From assembly GCA_948566455.1 (NCBI GenBank), contig CAOYQO010000003.1:48709-112708 (forward strand): a stretch of DNA of 64,000 bases, read 5' to 3'. Shown here piece by piece: positions 1 to 9,952 of the stretch. Within the stretch, counting starts at the first letter, position 1. Each line of letters starts with the position of its first letter. The notes under the pieces were generated by a model, which saw nothing but the letters and a program-made list of their open reading frames with translations, ran no database searches and was not told the DNA's origin. The position numbers and the translations under genes are program-made. The DNA is from an uncultured Phocaeicola sp. (GTDB taxonomy: Bacteria > Bacteroidota > Bacteroidia > Bacteroidales > Bacteroidaceae).

Positions 1-132
1 TATACTCTATCATCTTCATATGCCATGGTATTTTTTATAGGATTTACTGAATGTCCCTAAAAAACAATCGTCAAATTGCTTTCAGTTATAATCCAATCTC
101 GATGGTTAGAGCAGGTAAACCGGAAAGTTTTT

Positions 133-1566
133 TCATTGTGATTTCATTAAAGTTTCTTTTTTAGCCTTTAAAAATGAAGAGAGCTTATTAATTTCGCTTC
201 TATACTTTCGTTCGTTGACCCTGTTCTTATTTTCTTCTGGATCTATGTGATGGTCGAACAACATTCGAGAATGAATCTTTTCTTTTTGTTTCCATTCCGC
301 ATAGTTGTATCTATTGCTAACAGCATTGTCCCCTCCTTCCCATTGGATATATACTTGGTCTTTTATTTTTGCTTTTAAATTTGTTAAAATAGGAACAAAA
401 CTAGTGCCATCTAATTGATTCTTTGGTATGGGCAAATGACAAAGTTCACATAGTGTCGGATATAAATCTACGAATTCTACCATGGACTTAGTCTTTCCTT
501 TTTTCAATCCGGGAACACGTACAATTAAAGGAACGTGAGTAGAACGATCCATTAAATTATGCTTACCGAGAAAGTTATGTTCCCCTAGATGCCAGCCATG
601 GTCTCCCAGTAATACAACGATGGTATTATTTGCTAAACCTAACTCATCCAGAGCGTCCAGTACTTTCCCTATTTGCGCATCAACATAACTCAGACAAGCA
701 TAATATCCATGTTTGGCTTCTTTCTGAAAAGAAATATCATCTGCTGTGGTGGTACGTGCGTAAGCGTAGATTTCTGTAGAGTTTTTAACCTCATTCGGTA
801 GATCTTTAGGACGAAAACGATTGTTAGCAACTGGAATTTTCTCTCGGTCATATAAATCCCAATATTTTTTAGGGGCATTAAAAGGTAAATGTGGCTTCCA
901 AAATCCACATGCCATAAAGAAAGGTTTTCCTTGTTCTTTTAAACGTTTTAAGTCTGCAATGGCTTTTAATGCCAGTTTTCCGTCATCATAAGCGGTGTCA
1001 GGTACTTCAGCCCACTCACAGAAAGGTCCACGCATTGTTTTGGGATTGATAGTTCGTGCGGAGGCTTCATTCATCCATAATTCCCATTTATTGTATTCTG
1101 CCCAATATACATCATATCCGTCGGGATGTTTACGGTAAGGGGGTTCACTCCATGAATTAGCATGATCTGAAAGATGGTGGAAAACCTTGCCGTTTGAGAT
1201 TGTGTAATAGCCATGTGATGTAAACCATCTTGATATCGGAATTGCGGTCGGGCAATCTTTGCTGGCATAAGCGGAATAGTTGACAAAACGATCTGGATAG
1301 TGTGGATACACTCCTGTTAATAAGCTGGCGCGTGAAGCTCCACTTACTGGGATATTGCAGTAAGCGTTCTGAAATAATAACCCGCTGGCGGCAAAACGGT
1401 CAATATTGGGGGTCTTTACTTCTTTTACCCCATAGCATCCTAACTCAGGGCGCATATCGTCTGCCATCAAGAATAGAACGTTCATTTTCTCTGTCTGTGA
1501 AAATACAGACAGAGAAGAGAAGGCAAGCATTGAAATGCTTGAAAACAAAGTGTATTTTAACTGCAT
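133..1566 (-). CDS. Secreted S1-family sulfatase (Ser-type, iduronate-2-sulfatase-like)
   Basis: 477 aa; signal peptide; NVLFLMADDMR, SGASRASLLTG (S-x-A-x-R), GKVFH, KPHLP, GDHGWHLGEH motifs. Confidence 0.93.
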   Translation of the reverse strand: MQLKYTLFSSISMLAFSSLSVFSQTEKMNVLFLMADDMRPELGCYGVKEVKTPNIDRFAASGLLFQNAYCNIPVSGASRASLLTGVYPHYPDRFVNYSAYASKDCPTAIPISRWFTSHGYYTISNGKVFHHLSDHANSWSEPPYRKHPDGYDVYWAEYNKWELWMNEASARTINPKTMRGPFCEWAEVPDTAYDDGKLALKAIADLKRLKEQGKPFFMACGFWKPHLPFNAPKKYWDLYDREKIPVANNRFRPKDLPNEVKNSTEIYAYARTTTADDISFQKEAKHGYYACLSYVDAQIGKVLDALDELGLANNTIVVLLGDHGWHLGEHNFLGKHNLMDRSTHVPLIVRVPGLKKGKTKSMVEFVDLYPTLCELCHLPIPKNQLDGTSFVPILTNLKAKIKDQVYIQWEGGDNAVSNRYNYAEWKQKEKIHSRMLFDHHIDPEENKNRVNERKYRSEINKLSSFLKAKKETLMKSQ

Positions 1567-1570
1567 AATT

Positions 1571-3373
1571 TTATTTATTGTTTTCCCATCCAGGATTTTG
1601 TTCGAGAGCAGGATTGAGTGCCAATTGATTTAGAGGAATTGGATTTAGATAGTAATGTTCCAACCACCCTATGGGTTTCTCGAAATAATATACATATCCT
1701 TCATTGTTGGATGGACCATTCATAACTTTTACATTAAATTCACTTGCATCTTTTAAATAGACTCCAGTAGGTTGTTTGTTTACATAATGTCCTTTTTTCC
1801 ATCGGCGTAAATCGTCCAGACGAGTTCCTTCACCCATTAATTCAACGCGGCGTTCACGGCGGATTTCCCATAGTAAAGGATTTACATCTTGATCTCTTTC
1901 AGGATCAAAATCTGTGGTAATATCTGTCAAGACCATGTCGGCCACGTGAGCACGTTTCCTCAGTTTGTTAATAGTTTTATCTGCTATAGATTGATCGAAT
2001 AGCCCTAGTTCATACATTGCTTCGGCATAATTCAACAGTATCTCGCCGAGTCTGAATAGGGGAGCGTCTGTAGTACAAACTCCATTGGCAGTGCTGGCAT
2101 CGGTATGGGTATTATAGTATTTCCATACCCAGAAACCCATTTGGCTGGCATTCCATCCCTGTCCCCAATTGACATTTTTAAAATGGGGTTGCCCTTTGGT
2201 TATAAAACCTTTGAAATTAGATGTCGGCAACCGGTGATAAGTTTCTTTAGAAATTGTTGCCATCAAGTCAATATACTCGCGTTCAGAGGGATTATCTGTG
2301 AACTTCCATTGAGTAGTAGAGGCACTTGCTAGACTTACCATATAGGGAGGACATACTGTGTGATATAGACGATAATCCCTGTTGCGGAACTGTGCATACA
2401 CATCTTTGTCACCTCCGTATGTGGTACTGTTTTTGATAGGATGTCCGTCACTGCACAAATAACTGTCCACGGCATCTTTGGTTGCTTCTATTTGTGACTC
2501 GCCGGTTCTTACCATACGTGTGAGTCCATGGCATAGCTGGCTGGTAGCATACTCTTTGTATAGAATAATTCCATTGATGCCAGCTAAAGACTCTGAGTTG
2601 AAAAGTTCTTCATAGTTGGGGTGTAGGGTAGTATATTTATTCATGACTTCCTTGGAAGCCCGTGTACATTCTTCTAAATAGGTTGTGGCATTTGGTAGGG
2701 CATGATATTTTCTCCATGTACCTTCAAACAAACAAAAACGGGAGATTAATGATTGTACTACAGCTCGATTGATTGTATTATTGCCATCTCCGTCTACTTT
2801 GATATGTTCTTCTGCGTATTTCAAGTTATTCAGAATATTTTGGGCCACAACATCCCGTGGGTCTCTAGGGAGATATAGTTCCTCGCTGTCTTCTGATAAG
2901 GTATGTTCTACCCATGGTAAGTCTCCATATAGAGACAACATTTTAAAATATTTATAAGCGCGAAAAAAATATCCAACACTTCTCCAGTGTGCTTTTTCTG
3001 CATCATTCATGGATGATTGGTCTATATTGTCCAACATTAAATTTACCCGGCGGATGTATTCATAATCCCATGAATCAGAGGATGCAGGTACCTTAGCTTT
3101 TTGATACGCCCATTGGCTTTCATTGCCTGAGACATGCTTGATCATATTGTCAGCTTCATAATCTCCTTTAAAGATTTCATCAGTTTGTCCTGTTTTATAT
3201 GCATAGCCGAAAAAGACGTTATACAGTCCCCAAGAGTAAGTCTTGAAGTTTTCATATGATCGGAAAGAGGTTAATTCCGTTTGTTGATCTTTAGGATATA
3301 CCTCCATAAAATCATTATTTAAACAAGAGTTCATCAACAGGAAGAGTCCTGCTGCTACTATATATTTTTTCAT
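1571..3373 (-). CDS. SusD/RagB family outer membrane lipoprotein (pair 1)
   Basis: Lipobox MNSC; RLGEILLNYAEA, EIRRERRVELMGEG.R.DDLRRW, terminal QNPGW; directly downstream of susC. Confidence 0.95.
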   Translation of the reverse strand: MKKYIVAAGLFLLMNSCLNNDFMEVYPKDQQTELTSFRSYENFKTYSWGLYNVFFGYAYKTGQTDEIFKGDYEADNMIKHVSGNESQWAYQKAKVPASSDSWDYEYIRRVNLMLDNIDQSSMNDAEKAHWRSVGYFFRAYKYFKMLSLYGDLPWVEHTLSEDSEELYLPRDPRDVVAQNILNNLKYAEEHIKVDGDGNNTINRAVVQSLISRFCLFEGTWRKYHALPNATTYLEECTRASKEVMNKYTTLHPNYEELFNSESLAGINGIILYKEYATSQLCHGLTRMVRTGESQIEATKDAVDSYLCSDGHPIKNSTTYGGDKDVYAQFRNRDYRLYHTVCPPYMVSLASASTTQWKFTDNPSEREYIDLMATISKETYHRLPTSNFKGFITKGQPHFKNVNWGQGWNASQMGFWVWKYYNTHTDASTANGVCTTDAPLFRLGEILLNYAEAMYELGLFDQSIADKTINKLRKRAHVADMVLTDITTDFDPERDQDVNPLLWEIRRERRVELMGEGTRLDDLRRWKKGHYVNKQPTGVYLKDASEFNVKVMNGPSNNEGYVYYFEKPIGWLEHYYLNPIPLNQLALNPALEQNPGWENNK

Positions 3374-3387
3374 AATGTCAGCTTTTA

Positions 3388-6300
3388 TTATAAACTTAAA
3401 TTAATACCAAATGAGAATTGACGCATATAAGGATAAGTAAATCCACGTTGTCCCAAATTGTCTGTTACTACACGTTCAGCATCTATCCCTTTGGGCAGAT
3501 GATCAAATGTAAAGAGGTTCTCTCCACTGAAAAATACTGATAAGTTAGTAATACCCAGCGGCTTGATCAGTTTTATGGGGAAGGTATATGATAAACTGAT
3601 ATTGCGTATGCTCAAATATGCTCCATTTTGCAAAAAACGGGTTTGTGGTTTTTGATTGGCTTTAGTGTTTCCTTCTGCCTTTTCATATAAACGTGGGAAA
3701 TAACTGTTTGTATGTTCTGGAGTCCAGTAATTCAATTGAGAGTCAAACAAAGTTGAGTAAGCATCGTAATGTGGATAGAATAGTTCGTTCATGAGCCAAA
3801 GATCCCGTTTGCCGACTCCTTGTAAAATAAATGACAGTGAAATACCTTTCCATGTTGTACCACCACGAATTCCGTATTGATATCTGCGAGTATCATTACC
3901 GATAATACGAGTGTCGCCTGGTTCGTTTGATGTGTTTTTACCATTGTTTATGATACCATTCCCATCAAAATCCACATAAAGTATATCTCCCGGCTTAGGA
4001 TTATAACCTTCCACTTTGGGAATATTGTTTTTTAACTTTCCTTGACTGTCAAAATCTTCGGTAGTATATAAGCGGTCTGTAGTATACCCCCATATTTCAC
4101 CTAATTCCATTCCTTTCCGGTAAATCAGATTGTCATCCGAATCTTTTCCTAGTAAGCCTACCTCATTGTCGTATTTTGTGATTTTCGTACGCGAGTCATA
4201 TAGGTTAAAACCTAAATAATATTGCACATTGCCGATACGGTCATTCCAATCCAAGGATATTTCCCAACCTTTGGCGCGTAAGTCGGCAGAGTTTTGTAAT
4301 GGGGCTTTGGCACCCAATACTCCTGGAAGTTCCATACCTGGAGCCAACATTCCTTTTGTATCCCGTTGGTACCAATCAAATACAACATTTAGGCGGTTAT
4401 TAAACAGTCCTAGGTCAAATCCGAAATCCAAGGTACTAACTTTTTCCCAAGTGAAACTATTGCTGACTAGGGCTGGAGGAGCCAATGTTGTAGTAGCTTG
4501 TCCGTTTACAACCCAATTAGCCAATGGAGAATCCATGCCAGGAATAAAAGCATAAGGTTCTATACTTTGATTACCGATATTACCATAAGAACCTCTCAAT
4601 TTTAAGTTAGAAAGAAAAACTTTACTCCATTCCATAAATTGCTCTTCACTGACACGCCAGCCTACGGAAACAGAAGGAAAGAAGCCGAAACGATTTTCTT
4701 TAGGGAATTTCGAAGAACCATCATAACGCCCGTTTGTTTCGAGTAAATATTTACCGGCATAAGAGTAATTTATCCTATAGAATAATCCTCTGACATGGTA
4801 TTCTTCAAATTCATCACTGTTTTTATAATCTCCTGTAGCTTGTGATAATGAGGGTAAATCTTCGTTAATCATATCTGTGCGTGACGCTTTCATCATCTTA
4901 TAGGAATTGCTTTCCTGATTGAAACCAGCCATAATTCCAATGTCATGTTGGCCTAATGTTTTGTTGTAATTGGCATATACATTAAAAGCATTATAATTGG
5001 TTGCCCGATTTTCTATTTCATATTTCGAATTTGAAACAGACTGTTCTTTGCGGAAGTTAGCTCCGTGAGCATAAGCAAATTTCTTATCGAAAGTTGTGAT
5101 TTCTCTGGTCTTTCTATTAAATGTATATTCACCGATTATTTTCAGATCTTTGAACGGAGTAATAGTCAGCTTGCCAAAGATGCGTAAATCGTTTCTGTCA
5201 TTTTCTTTAGGTGCTGACAGATTGATGAAATTATGAGGAGTATTGATAGGCAAGATTTCACCATCCAGTTCCATATTACCTAATGGAAAATAAGATGGAA
5301 AGGCTACTGCTGCTCCCCAAATACCATAAGAAGCTGAAGTATAGGGAAGTTCTGAATGTGAATTCGCATATTTGATGTCTAACTCCGGAGTAATCCAGGA
5401 ATGAATGTCGGAGCGGATGTAAGATGATATATTATAACGTTTGTATGAGTCTTTGTCTGTAACAAGAATTCCATTTTGATTTACCATACCGGCTGACATT
5501 CTGTAAGATATTGATTTATTACCTCCTCCAACAGAAATGTTATGTGTTTGTTGAAAACCTGTTTCCATCATGTCGTTTAAGAGATCTGTTTCTTGTAAAC
5601 TGTATCGAAGTCCGTCTACTACGGCATAACCGTCAGGATAATTGCTTGAATTAGTATTATATTCTTTCAATAACTCTAACCAGGTATCTACATTTTGTCC
5701 TGTCTGATATGATACTGTTCCCATATCTTTATAAGCTTGTACTGTTTGTAACGGAGTTGCTTTATGGGGTAAATTGCTGGGCTTACTGAATGAGAAGTTA
5801 TTAGAGTAGTTGATAGAGAAGCGAGTGTCTTTCATTCCCTTTTTAGTGGTAACTAGGATAACTCCGAATGCAGCGCGTGCACCGTAAATAGCCGAAGATG
5901 CGGCATCTTTTAATACAGAGATAGATTCAATATCATTAGGATCCAGCATATTTATGTCCATCTCTACATTGTCAACTAATACAAGCGGGGCACCTTCATT
6001 GATGCTGTTCACTCCACGGATATTGAAAGACATTTCAGCACCGGGTTGGCCTGATGTGCCTGTTACCTGCAGTCCCGGCATTGCTCCCATCAGTACATTA
6101 CTAACCGAAGTGACAGGACGATCACCCAATATTTCATCCATTTTTACACTGCTTACTGCTCCTGTCAGATTGGCCTTCTTTTGTACACCATATCCAACAA
6201 CGACTACTTCGTCAAGAGTTTCAGTATCTTCCTTTAATACAACATTAAATTCTTTCTTTCCGGAAACCTTCACTTCTTGAGAAACATACCCGATATAAGT

Positions 6301-6852
6301 AATCTGTAAAACGGCATCTTTGGGAGTATCCAGAACGAACCGCCCGTCTATATCTGTGATTGTACCAGTTGACTGGCCTTTTACGATGACATTGGCACCG
6401 ATTATCGGTTCGCCATTCGCATCTTTCACAATACCTGTCACCTTATTTTGTTCTTGCTGTATTCCTTGCACAATCTCAGTAGAAAGAATGATTTTCTTTT
6501 CAAGCACTGAATACTTCACATTCGTCCCTGCGAAAATCTGATCCAATATCTTGAAGATATTATTGTTGTTTGCCGAAACTGATACAATACGTTTCAGATC
6601 TACGTGTTTATTGTTGAAGAAGAAATCAAACCCCGATTCTTTTTTCAGCTTTTCCAACACAGTGCCAACTGTTTCATTACGCACTTCAAGACTGATCATG
6701 GTCTTTTGCGCATACGACTCTGCCGCATAAGTCATACTTAGCGAACAGATTAAAAAGAGTACACTCAGTTTCATAGGTAATGGAGTTTTATTTAAGATTA
6801 ACCTACACGACTTTATCATCCATAATAATTGGACGCTAAAATAAATTTTCAT
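3388..6852 (-). CDS. SusC/RagA TonB-dependent transporter with N-terminal STN signalling domain (pair 1)
   Basis: LDEVVVVGYG, VLKDAASSAIYGARAAFGVILVTTK, RYDGSSKF, terminal FGINLSL; start moved from 6912 to ATG 6852 (MKIYF); ATG 6773 is an alternative. Confidence 0.95.
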   Translation of the reverse strand: MKIYFSVQLLWMIKSCRLILNKTPLPMKLSVLFLICSLSMTYAAESYAQKTMISLEVRNETVGTVLEKLKKESGFDFFFNNKHVDLKRIVSVSANNNNIFKILDQIFAGTNVKYSVLEKKIILSTEIVQGIQQEQNKVTGIVKDANGEPIIGANVIVKGQSTGTITDIDGRFVLDTPKDAVLQITYIGYVSQEVKVSGKKEFNVVLKEDTETLDEVVVVGYGVQKKANLTGAVSSVKMDEILGDRPVTSVSNVLMGAMPGLQVTGTSGQPGAEMSFNIRGVNSINEGAPLVLVDNVEMDINMLDPNDIESISVLKDAASSAIYGARAAFGVILVTTKKGMKDTRFSINYSNNFSFSKPSNLPHKATPLQTVQAYKDMGTVSYQTGQNVDTWLELLKEYNTNSSNYPDGYAVVDGLRYSLQETDLLNDMMETGFQQTHNISVGGGNKSISYRMSAGMVNQNGILVTDKDSYKRYNISSYIRSDIHSWITPELDIKYANSHSELPYTSASYGIWGAAVAFPSYFPLGNMELDGEILPINTPHNFINLSAPKENDRNDLRIFGKLTITPFKDLKIIGEYTFNRKTREITTFDKKFAYAHGANFRKEQSVSNSKYEIENRATNYNAFNVYANYNKTLGQHDIGIMAGFNQESNSYKMMKASRTDMINEDLPSLSQATGDYKNSDEFEEYHVRGLFYRINYSYAGKYLLETNGRYDGSSKFPKENRFGFFPSVSVGWRVSEEQFMEWSKVFLSNLKLRGSYGNIGNQSIEPYAFIPGMDSPLANWVVNGQATTTLAPPALVSNSFTWEKVSTLDFGFDLGLFNNRLNVVFDWYQRDTKGMLAPGMELPGVLGAKAPLQNSADLRAKGWEISLDWNDRIGNVQYYLGFNLYDSRTKITKYDNEVGLLGKDSDDNLIYRKGMELGEIWGYTTDRLYTTEDFDSQGKLKNNIPKVEGYNPKPGDILYVDFDGNGIINNGKNTSNEPGDTRIIGNDTRRYQYGIRGGTTWKGISLSFILQGVGKRDLWLMNELFYPHYDAYSTLFDSQLNYWTPEHTNSYFPRLYEKAEGNTKANQKPQTRFLQNGAYLSIRNISLSYTFPIKLIKPLGITNLSVFFSGENLFTFDHLPKGIDAERVVTDNLGQRGFTYPYMRQFSFGINLSL
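6193..6447 (-). repeat. Copy 1 of 255-bp block shared in inverted orientation by susC1 and susC2
   Basis: Manual codon alignment to 14029-14283: about 31 mismatches in 255 nt, no gaps; perfect runs of 32 and 29 bp. Confidence 0.9.
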
Positions 6853-6864
6853 AATTTTGTAATT

Positions 6865-6971
6865 GAGATAAAGTGAATAAAATGTTGTCTTTGCTTGTCG
6901 CCAAACAAGCATGGAAAGATGATTTTTTCATACGGGGTGATACGCCAATATCCTCCCGTATGTTTTTGTTT
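6865..6971 (+). ncRNA. Putative cis-antisense sRNA in the FecR-susC1 intergenic region (DonS-like)
   Basis: TAATTTTG -7 box at 6852-6859 overlapping the susC start on the opposite strand; hairpin 6929-6962 followed by a T-rich tail; ends approximate. Confidence 0.55.
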
Positions 6972-7027
6972 AGGGAGCCTGTTGTCTGTTCATTTTTCTA
7001 GTATTTAAATTAAGGGTTAAACGTATA

Positions 7028-8041
7028 TTAGTACACTTCTATTTTCAGCTTTTCCGTCTTTATATCTGCACTGTCAATGTAACGCCAGCGTATGTGGGAA
7101 GAAATCCGGAAATATTCCATAATACGCTCCAGACGCTGATGGGTAAATGTTCCTGTGAACGAACAGCCTTTCAGCCCCTTGTTGGACAATACGAATTCCA
7201 CATTGAACCGCTTTCCAAGCATGTGCAGCACTTCATCCAGCGGAGTGTCATTAAAGATAAGCTTGCCGTCTTTCCATGAAATCTCCGATTCGCCCGAGGT
7301 AGCGTAGCACTTGATATCTCCGGTTTGTGGGGAATAAACCAGCTTCTGTCTGGGGGAGAGCATACTCTTTTGAAATTTTCCTTTGCTATTCTTATAAATA
7401 AACCCTACGCTGCCTTCGATAAGCGTGGTGGAAATGGGAGTTTCATTACCGTATGCTTCCACATTAAAACTTGTTCCGTACACTTCCACCTGCGAATGGT
7501 GAGGGGTGGAAACGATGAATCGTTTCCGGGGGTGTTGGGTCACATCGAAATAAGCTTCACCGTTTAATTCCACTTGGCGTACATCGCCGGCGAAAAAGGT
7601 GGGATAGCGGAGGGAGGATTCCGAATTGAGGTGAACTACCGTGCTGTCCGGTAACAGGACGGAGGTAGTCATGCCTGCATTGGTTTTTATTTCCACCATT
7701 TGAGCGGTGATTACCGGCTGCTGTCTGTCCGGATACAGAGCCAATACACCTATCAGGAGGGGAACGGACAGGATGGCCGCAATGCGTTGTGTCCATCCCC
7801 ACCAGGACAGGTTTCTAACTTTTGTTCTGCTTTTTACCTTGTCTAATGCCTTTTCCGTATCTATCTTCTTTGTGATGTGCTGTGTGTCTACAGCCAGATA
7901 GAGCGTATTCAGCTGCTTGGCTATACGCAAATGCTCCTCATCGGCATTCAGCCAGGCTTCTATCTGTTCGTTCTCCGGCGGAGTGGTGTTTCCTTCGAAA
8001 TACTTGGTCAACAAAGTTTCTATATCGGTATGGTTTTCCAT
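7028..8041 (-). CDS. FecR family anti-sigma factor
   Basis: N-terminal LLTKYFEG...W, one TM segment, LPDSTVVHLNSESSL, LNGEAYFDV, VYGTSFNV. Confidence 0.93.
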   Translation of the reverse strand: MENHTDIETLLTKYFEGNTTPPENEQIEAWLNADEEHLRIAKQLNTLYLAVDTQHITKKIDTEKALDKVKSRTKVRNLSWWGWTQRIAAILSVPLLIGVLALYPDRQQPVITAQMVEIKTNAGMTTSVLLPDSTVVHLNSESSLRYPTFFAGDVRQVELNGEAYFDVTQHPRKRFIVSTPHHSQVEVYGTSFNVEAYGNETPISTTLIEGSVGFIYKNSKGKFQKSMLSPRQKLVYSPQTGDIKCYATSGESEISWKDGKLIFNDTPLDEVLHMLGKRFNVEFVLSNKGLKGCSFTGTFTHQRLERIMEYFRISSHIRWRYIDSADIKTEKLKIEVY

Positions 8042-8150
8042 GAATTATACTTTAATTTTTTCCTTTATATTATTAAGACAAGCGAGAATGAAAGGTATCT
8101 AAACGAAAAATGCTTTTTTTTAAAAAAAAGTTTTTTCCGATAAAAACAAC

Positions 8151-8158
8151 TATCTTTG
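8151..8158 (+). promoter_or_regulatory. Bacteroidetes -7 promoter element for ECF sigma 1
   Basis: TATCTTTG matches TAnnTTTG, shortly upstream of ATG 8185. Confidence 0.55.
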
Positions 8159-8184
8159 TGCACAAGGAAAACAGTTATTATACT

Positions 8185-8751
8185 ATGAATCATACCGTGG
8201 AAGACTTGTCTTTGTTTAATGCTCTCCGACAGGGGGATGGTAATTCTTTTGACCATTTATTCAGAAGGTACTATCCTATGCTGTGTGCCTATGCTCACCG
8301 GTTGGTGTCGCTGGAAGATGCCGAAGAGATTGTTCAGGAGGTGATGTTATGGCTGTGGGAGAATCGTGGGGATTTGATAATCGAGTCTTCATTGAATCAG
8401 TATTTGTTCAAAATGACTTATCGGAGGGTCTTGAACCACTTGACGCGGGAACAGGTGAAAACCAAGGCGGAAGCTGCCTTTTATGAGCGGACACAGGCGG
8501 CATTGTGTGAAGTGGACTATGGTCGTTTTGAGGAATTGGACCGGAAAATAAAGGAGGCGATGGTTGCTCTTCCCGACAGTTATCGGGAAGCCTTTGTGAT
8601 GCATCGCTTTAAGGAACTGAGTTATAAAGAAATTGCTGAAGTGTTGGATGTGTCACCACAGACGGTGGCTTACCGCATCCAGCAGGCATTGAAGCTGCTT
8701 CGTGTTTCCTTAAAGGATTACTTGCCCATGCTGGTATGGCTGGTGGGCTGA
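8185..8751 (+). CDS. ECF RNA polymerase sigma-70 factor 1
   Basis: DAEEIVQEVMLWLWE region 2; LSYKEIAEVLDVSPQTV region 4; start at ATG 8185, downstream of the -7 box. Confidence 0.93.
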   Translation: MNHTVEDLSLFNALRQGDGNSFDHLFRRYYPMLCAYAHRLVSLEDAEEIVQEVMLWLWENRGDLIIESSLNQYLFKMTYRRVLNHLTREQVKTKAEAAFYERTQAALCEVDYGRFEELDRKIKEAMVALPDSYREAFVMHRFKELSYKEIAEVLDVSPQTVAYRIQQALKLLRVSLKDYLPMLVWLVG

Positions 8752-8783
8752 AAAGTACCTCTCCCTGAGTTTCCCTTGTTTTT

Positions 8784-8844
8784 TCCTTCAAATCCTTCAG
8801 CCCCTTCGCAAACGCCCGTCAATAAAGAAAAGCGGCTGAAGGAT
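8784..8844 (+). repeat. Left imperfect inverted arm of HU/VapE cassette (iterated CCTTCAGCC motifs)
   Basis: Ungapped 42/61 match to the reverse complement of 11368-11428, with both ends conserved; further motif copy at 8857-8867. Confidence 0.8.
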
Positions 8845-8943
8845 TTCCTCCCGGAATTCCTTCAGCCTAGTGTAGAAGTTTCAGCTCTTTATGGTTTGAG
8901 CTTCGTTTGTAGAAGTTTTCTATTATATTGTTTCGTTGTATAT

Positions 8944-9624
8944 TTACTTTATTGTCAGGTCCGTGTCGTTTGTTGCCGATACGTTTTCCGTTTCGTTCTC
9001 CGGTTCGGGCAATTTCTCTTTTCCGTAGAATCCCGGCATCGGTTCATAGATGGGGTTGCGCGGAATGGAGATATTGCGCAGTTTTTTATCTTTCGCCAAC
9101 TGAGCGATATAACGTCCCGCGGTAGCTCGTGTCAGTCCGCATAACGATTCAAACTTCCGGCGTGTCAGCACGCTGTTTGTCAAGAAGTATTCCGTCAGTG
9201 CTTCGTCTATACTCTCTTTGGTTACCGGCATGGAGTGCGGCTTGTATTTCGAACGCTCGGTCTTGACGTCGCTCAACTGATGCTTCAGGTATTTGTCCGC
9301 ACGGAATGTCACCGATTTGAATTTCACCTTGTTGGCACGTGTGGAGCTTGGTGTCCGTGTCTCGGGGCAGGTAAGCGATATATGGAAATATCCTATCCCT
9401 TCGATATGTACCCGGGCACCGTCCTTCAAGTAGTAGGCCAGTTTCTCGCTGAGCGAGATAATGGTTGCCTTGATGTCCGCCACGGTGAGCGAGGAGCCGT
9501 ACTGTATTTCCCGTGCCAGATAGTCGGTGTTGATGCGCTGCCAGTTTACTACACGGGCGTGATAGCGCTTCTTGCGCGTACCTATCGTATTGGGTGATTC
9601 ATAAAATTCAAATTTGATAGCCAT
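8944..9624 (-). CDS. HU/IHF-like DNA-binding protein (Bacteroidales type) with C-terminal winged-helix-like domain
   Basis: LAREIQYGSSLTVADIK, GARVHIEGIGYF, VTFRADKYLK; C-terminal LTRRKFESLCGLTRATAGRYIAQL. Confidence 0.85.
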   Translation of the reverse strand: MAIKFEFYESPNTIGTRKKRYHARVVNWQRINTDYLAREIQYGSSLTVADIKATIISLSEKLAYYLKDGARVHIEGIGYFHISLTCPETRTPSSTRANKVKFKSVTFRADKYLKHQLSDVKTERSKYKPHSMPVTKESIDEALTEYFLTNSVLTRRKFESLCGLTRATAGRYIAQLAKDKKLRNISIPRNPIYEPMPGFYGKEKLPEPENETENVSATNDTDLTIK

Positions 9625-9690
9625 TCGCTTATTTGTTTTTATCCGGTTGTTTATGCTTTCTTGTACGGAAGAGTTTGCTGCAACTTCCTT

Positions 9691-9796
9691 TCAAGTTAAT
9701 CGTTTCACTTTAGTGATGAAATCATATCACTCTAGTGATGAAGTTGTATCACTTAGGTGATGAAATTTCATCATTCTAGTGAAACGATTAACTTGA
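9691..9796. repeat. Perfect 19-bp inverted repeat enclosing a 22-bp-period tandem array
   Basis: TCAAGTTAATCGTTTCACT (9691-9709) / AGTGAAACGATTAACTTGA (9778-9796); units start at 9705, 9727, 9749, 9771 with core TCA(C/T)T-NN-(A/G)GTGA. Confidence 0.92.
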
Positions 9797-9801
9797 CGGT
9801 G

Positions 9802-9809
9802 CAAAAGTA
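9802..9809 (-). promoter_or_regulatory. -7 promoter element for the HU-like gene
   Basis: Reverse complement is TACTTTTG; lies just outside the right 19-bp arm. Confidence 0.55.
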
Positions 9810-9912
9810 TGAAATAGTCTTGATAAAAACGAATAATTTCCCAGTTATTTTCGCTTAGTCACTTTTTTGCGGTAGTGTGGGGTAAATGCTTGTAAAAGGG
9901 TGTTTTGAGTGT

Positions 9913-9920
9913 TATCTTTG
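9913..9920 (+). promoter_or_regulatory. -7 promoter element for the VapE-like gene
   Basis: TATCTTTG with TTG about 20 nt upstream; ATG at 9953. Confidence 0.55.
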
Positions 9921-9952
9921 TGATATTACACAACCCCAAATAATGAAAAAGG

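Noticed and set aside
1..132. Start of a further minus-strand gene at the left edge
   Set aside because: Too little sequence to choose a frame or product.
8114..8129. T8A8 tract in the FecR1/ECF1 divergent promoter as a phase-variation switch
   Set aside because: Short A/T runs are common in AT-rich intergenic DNA; no evidence of length variation from one sequence.
9705..9792. 22-bp array as a CRISPR array
   Set aside because: Units are contiguous with no unique spacers; no cas genes in the window.
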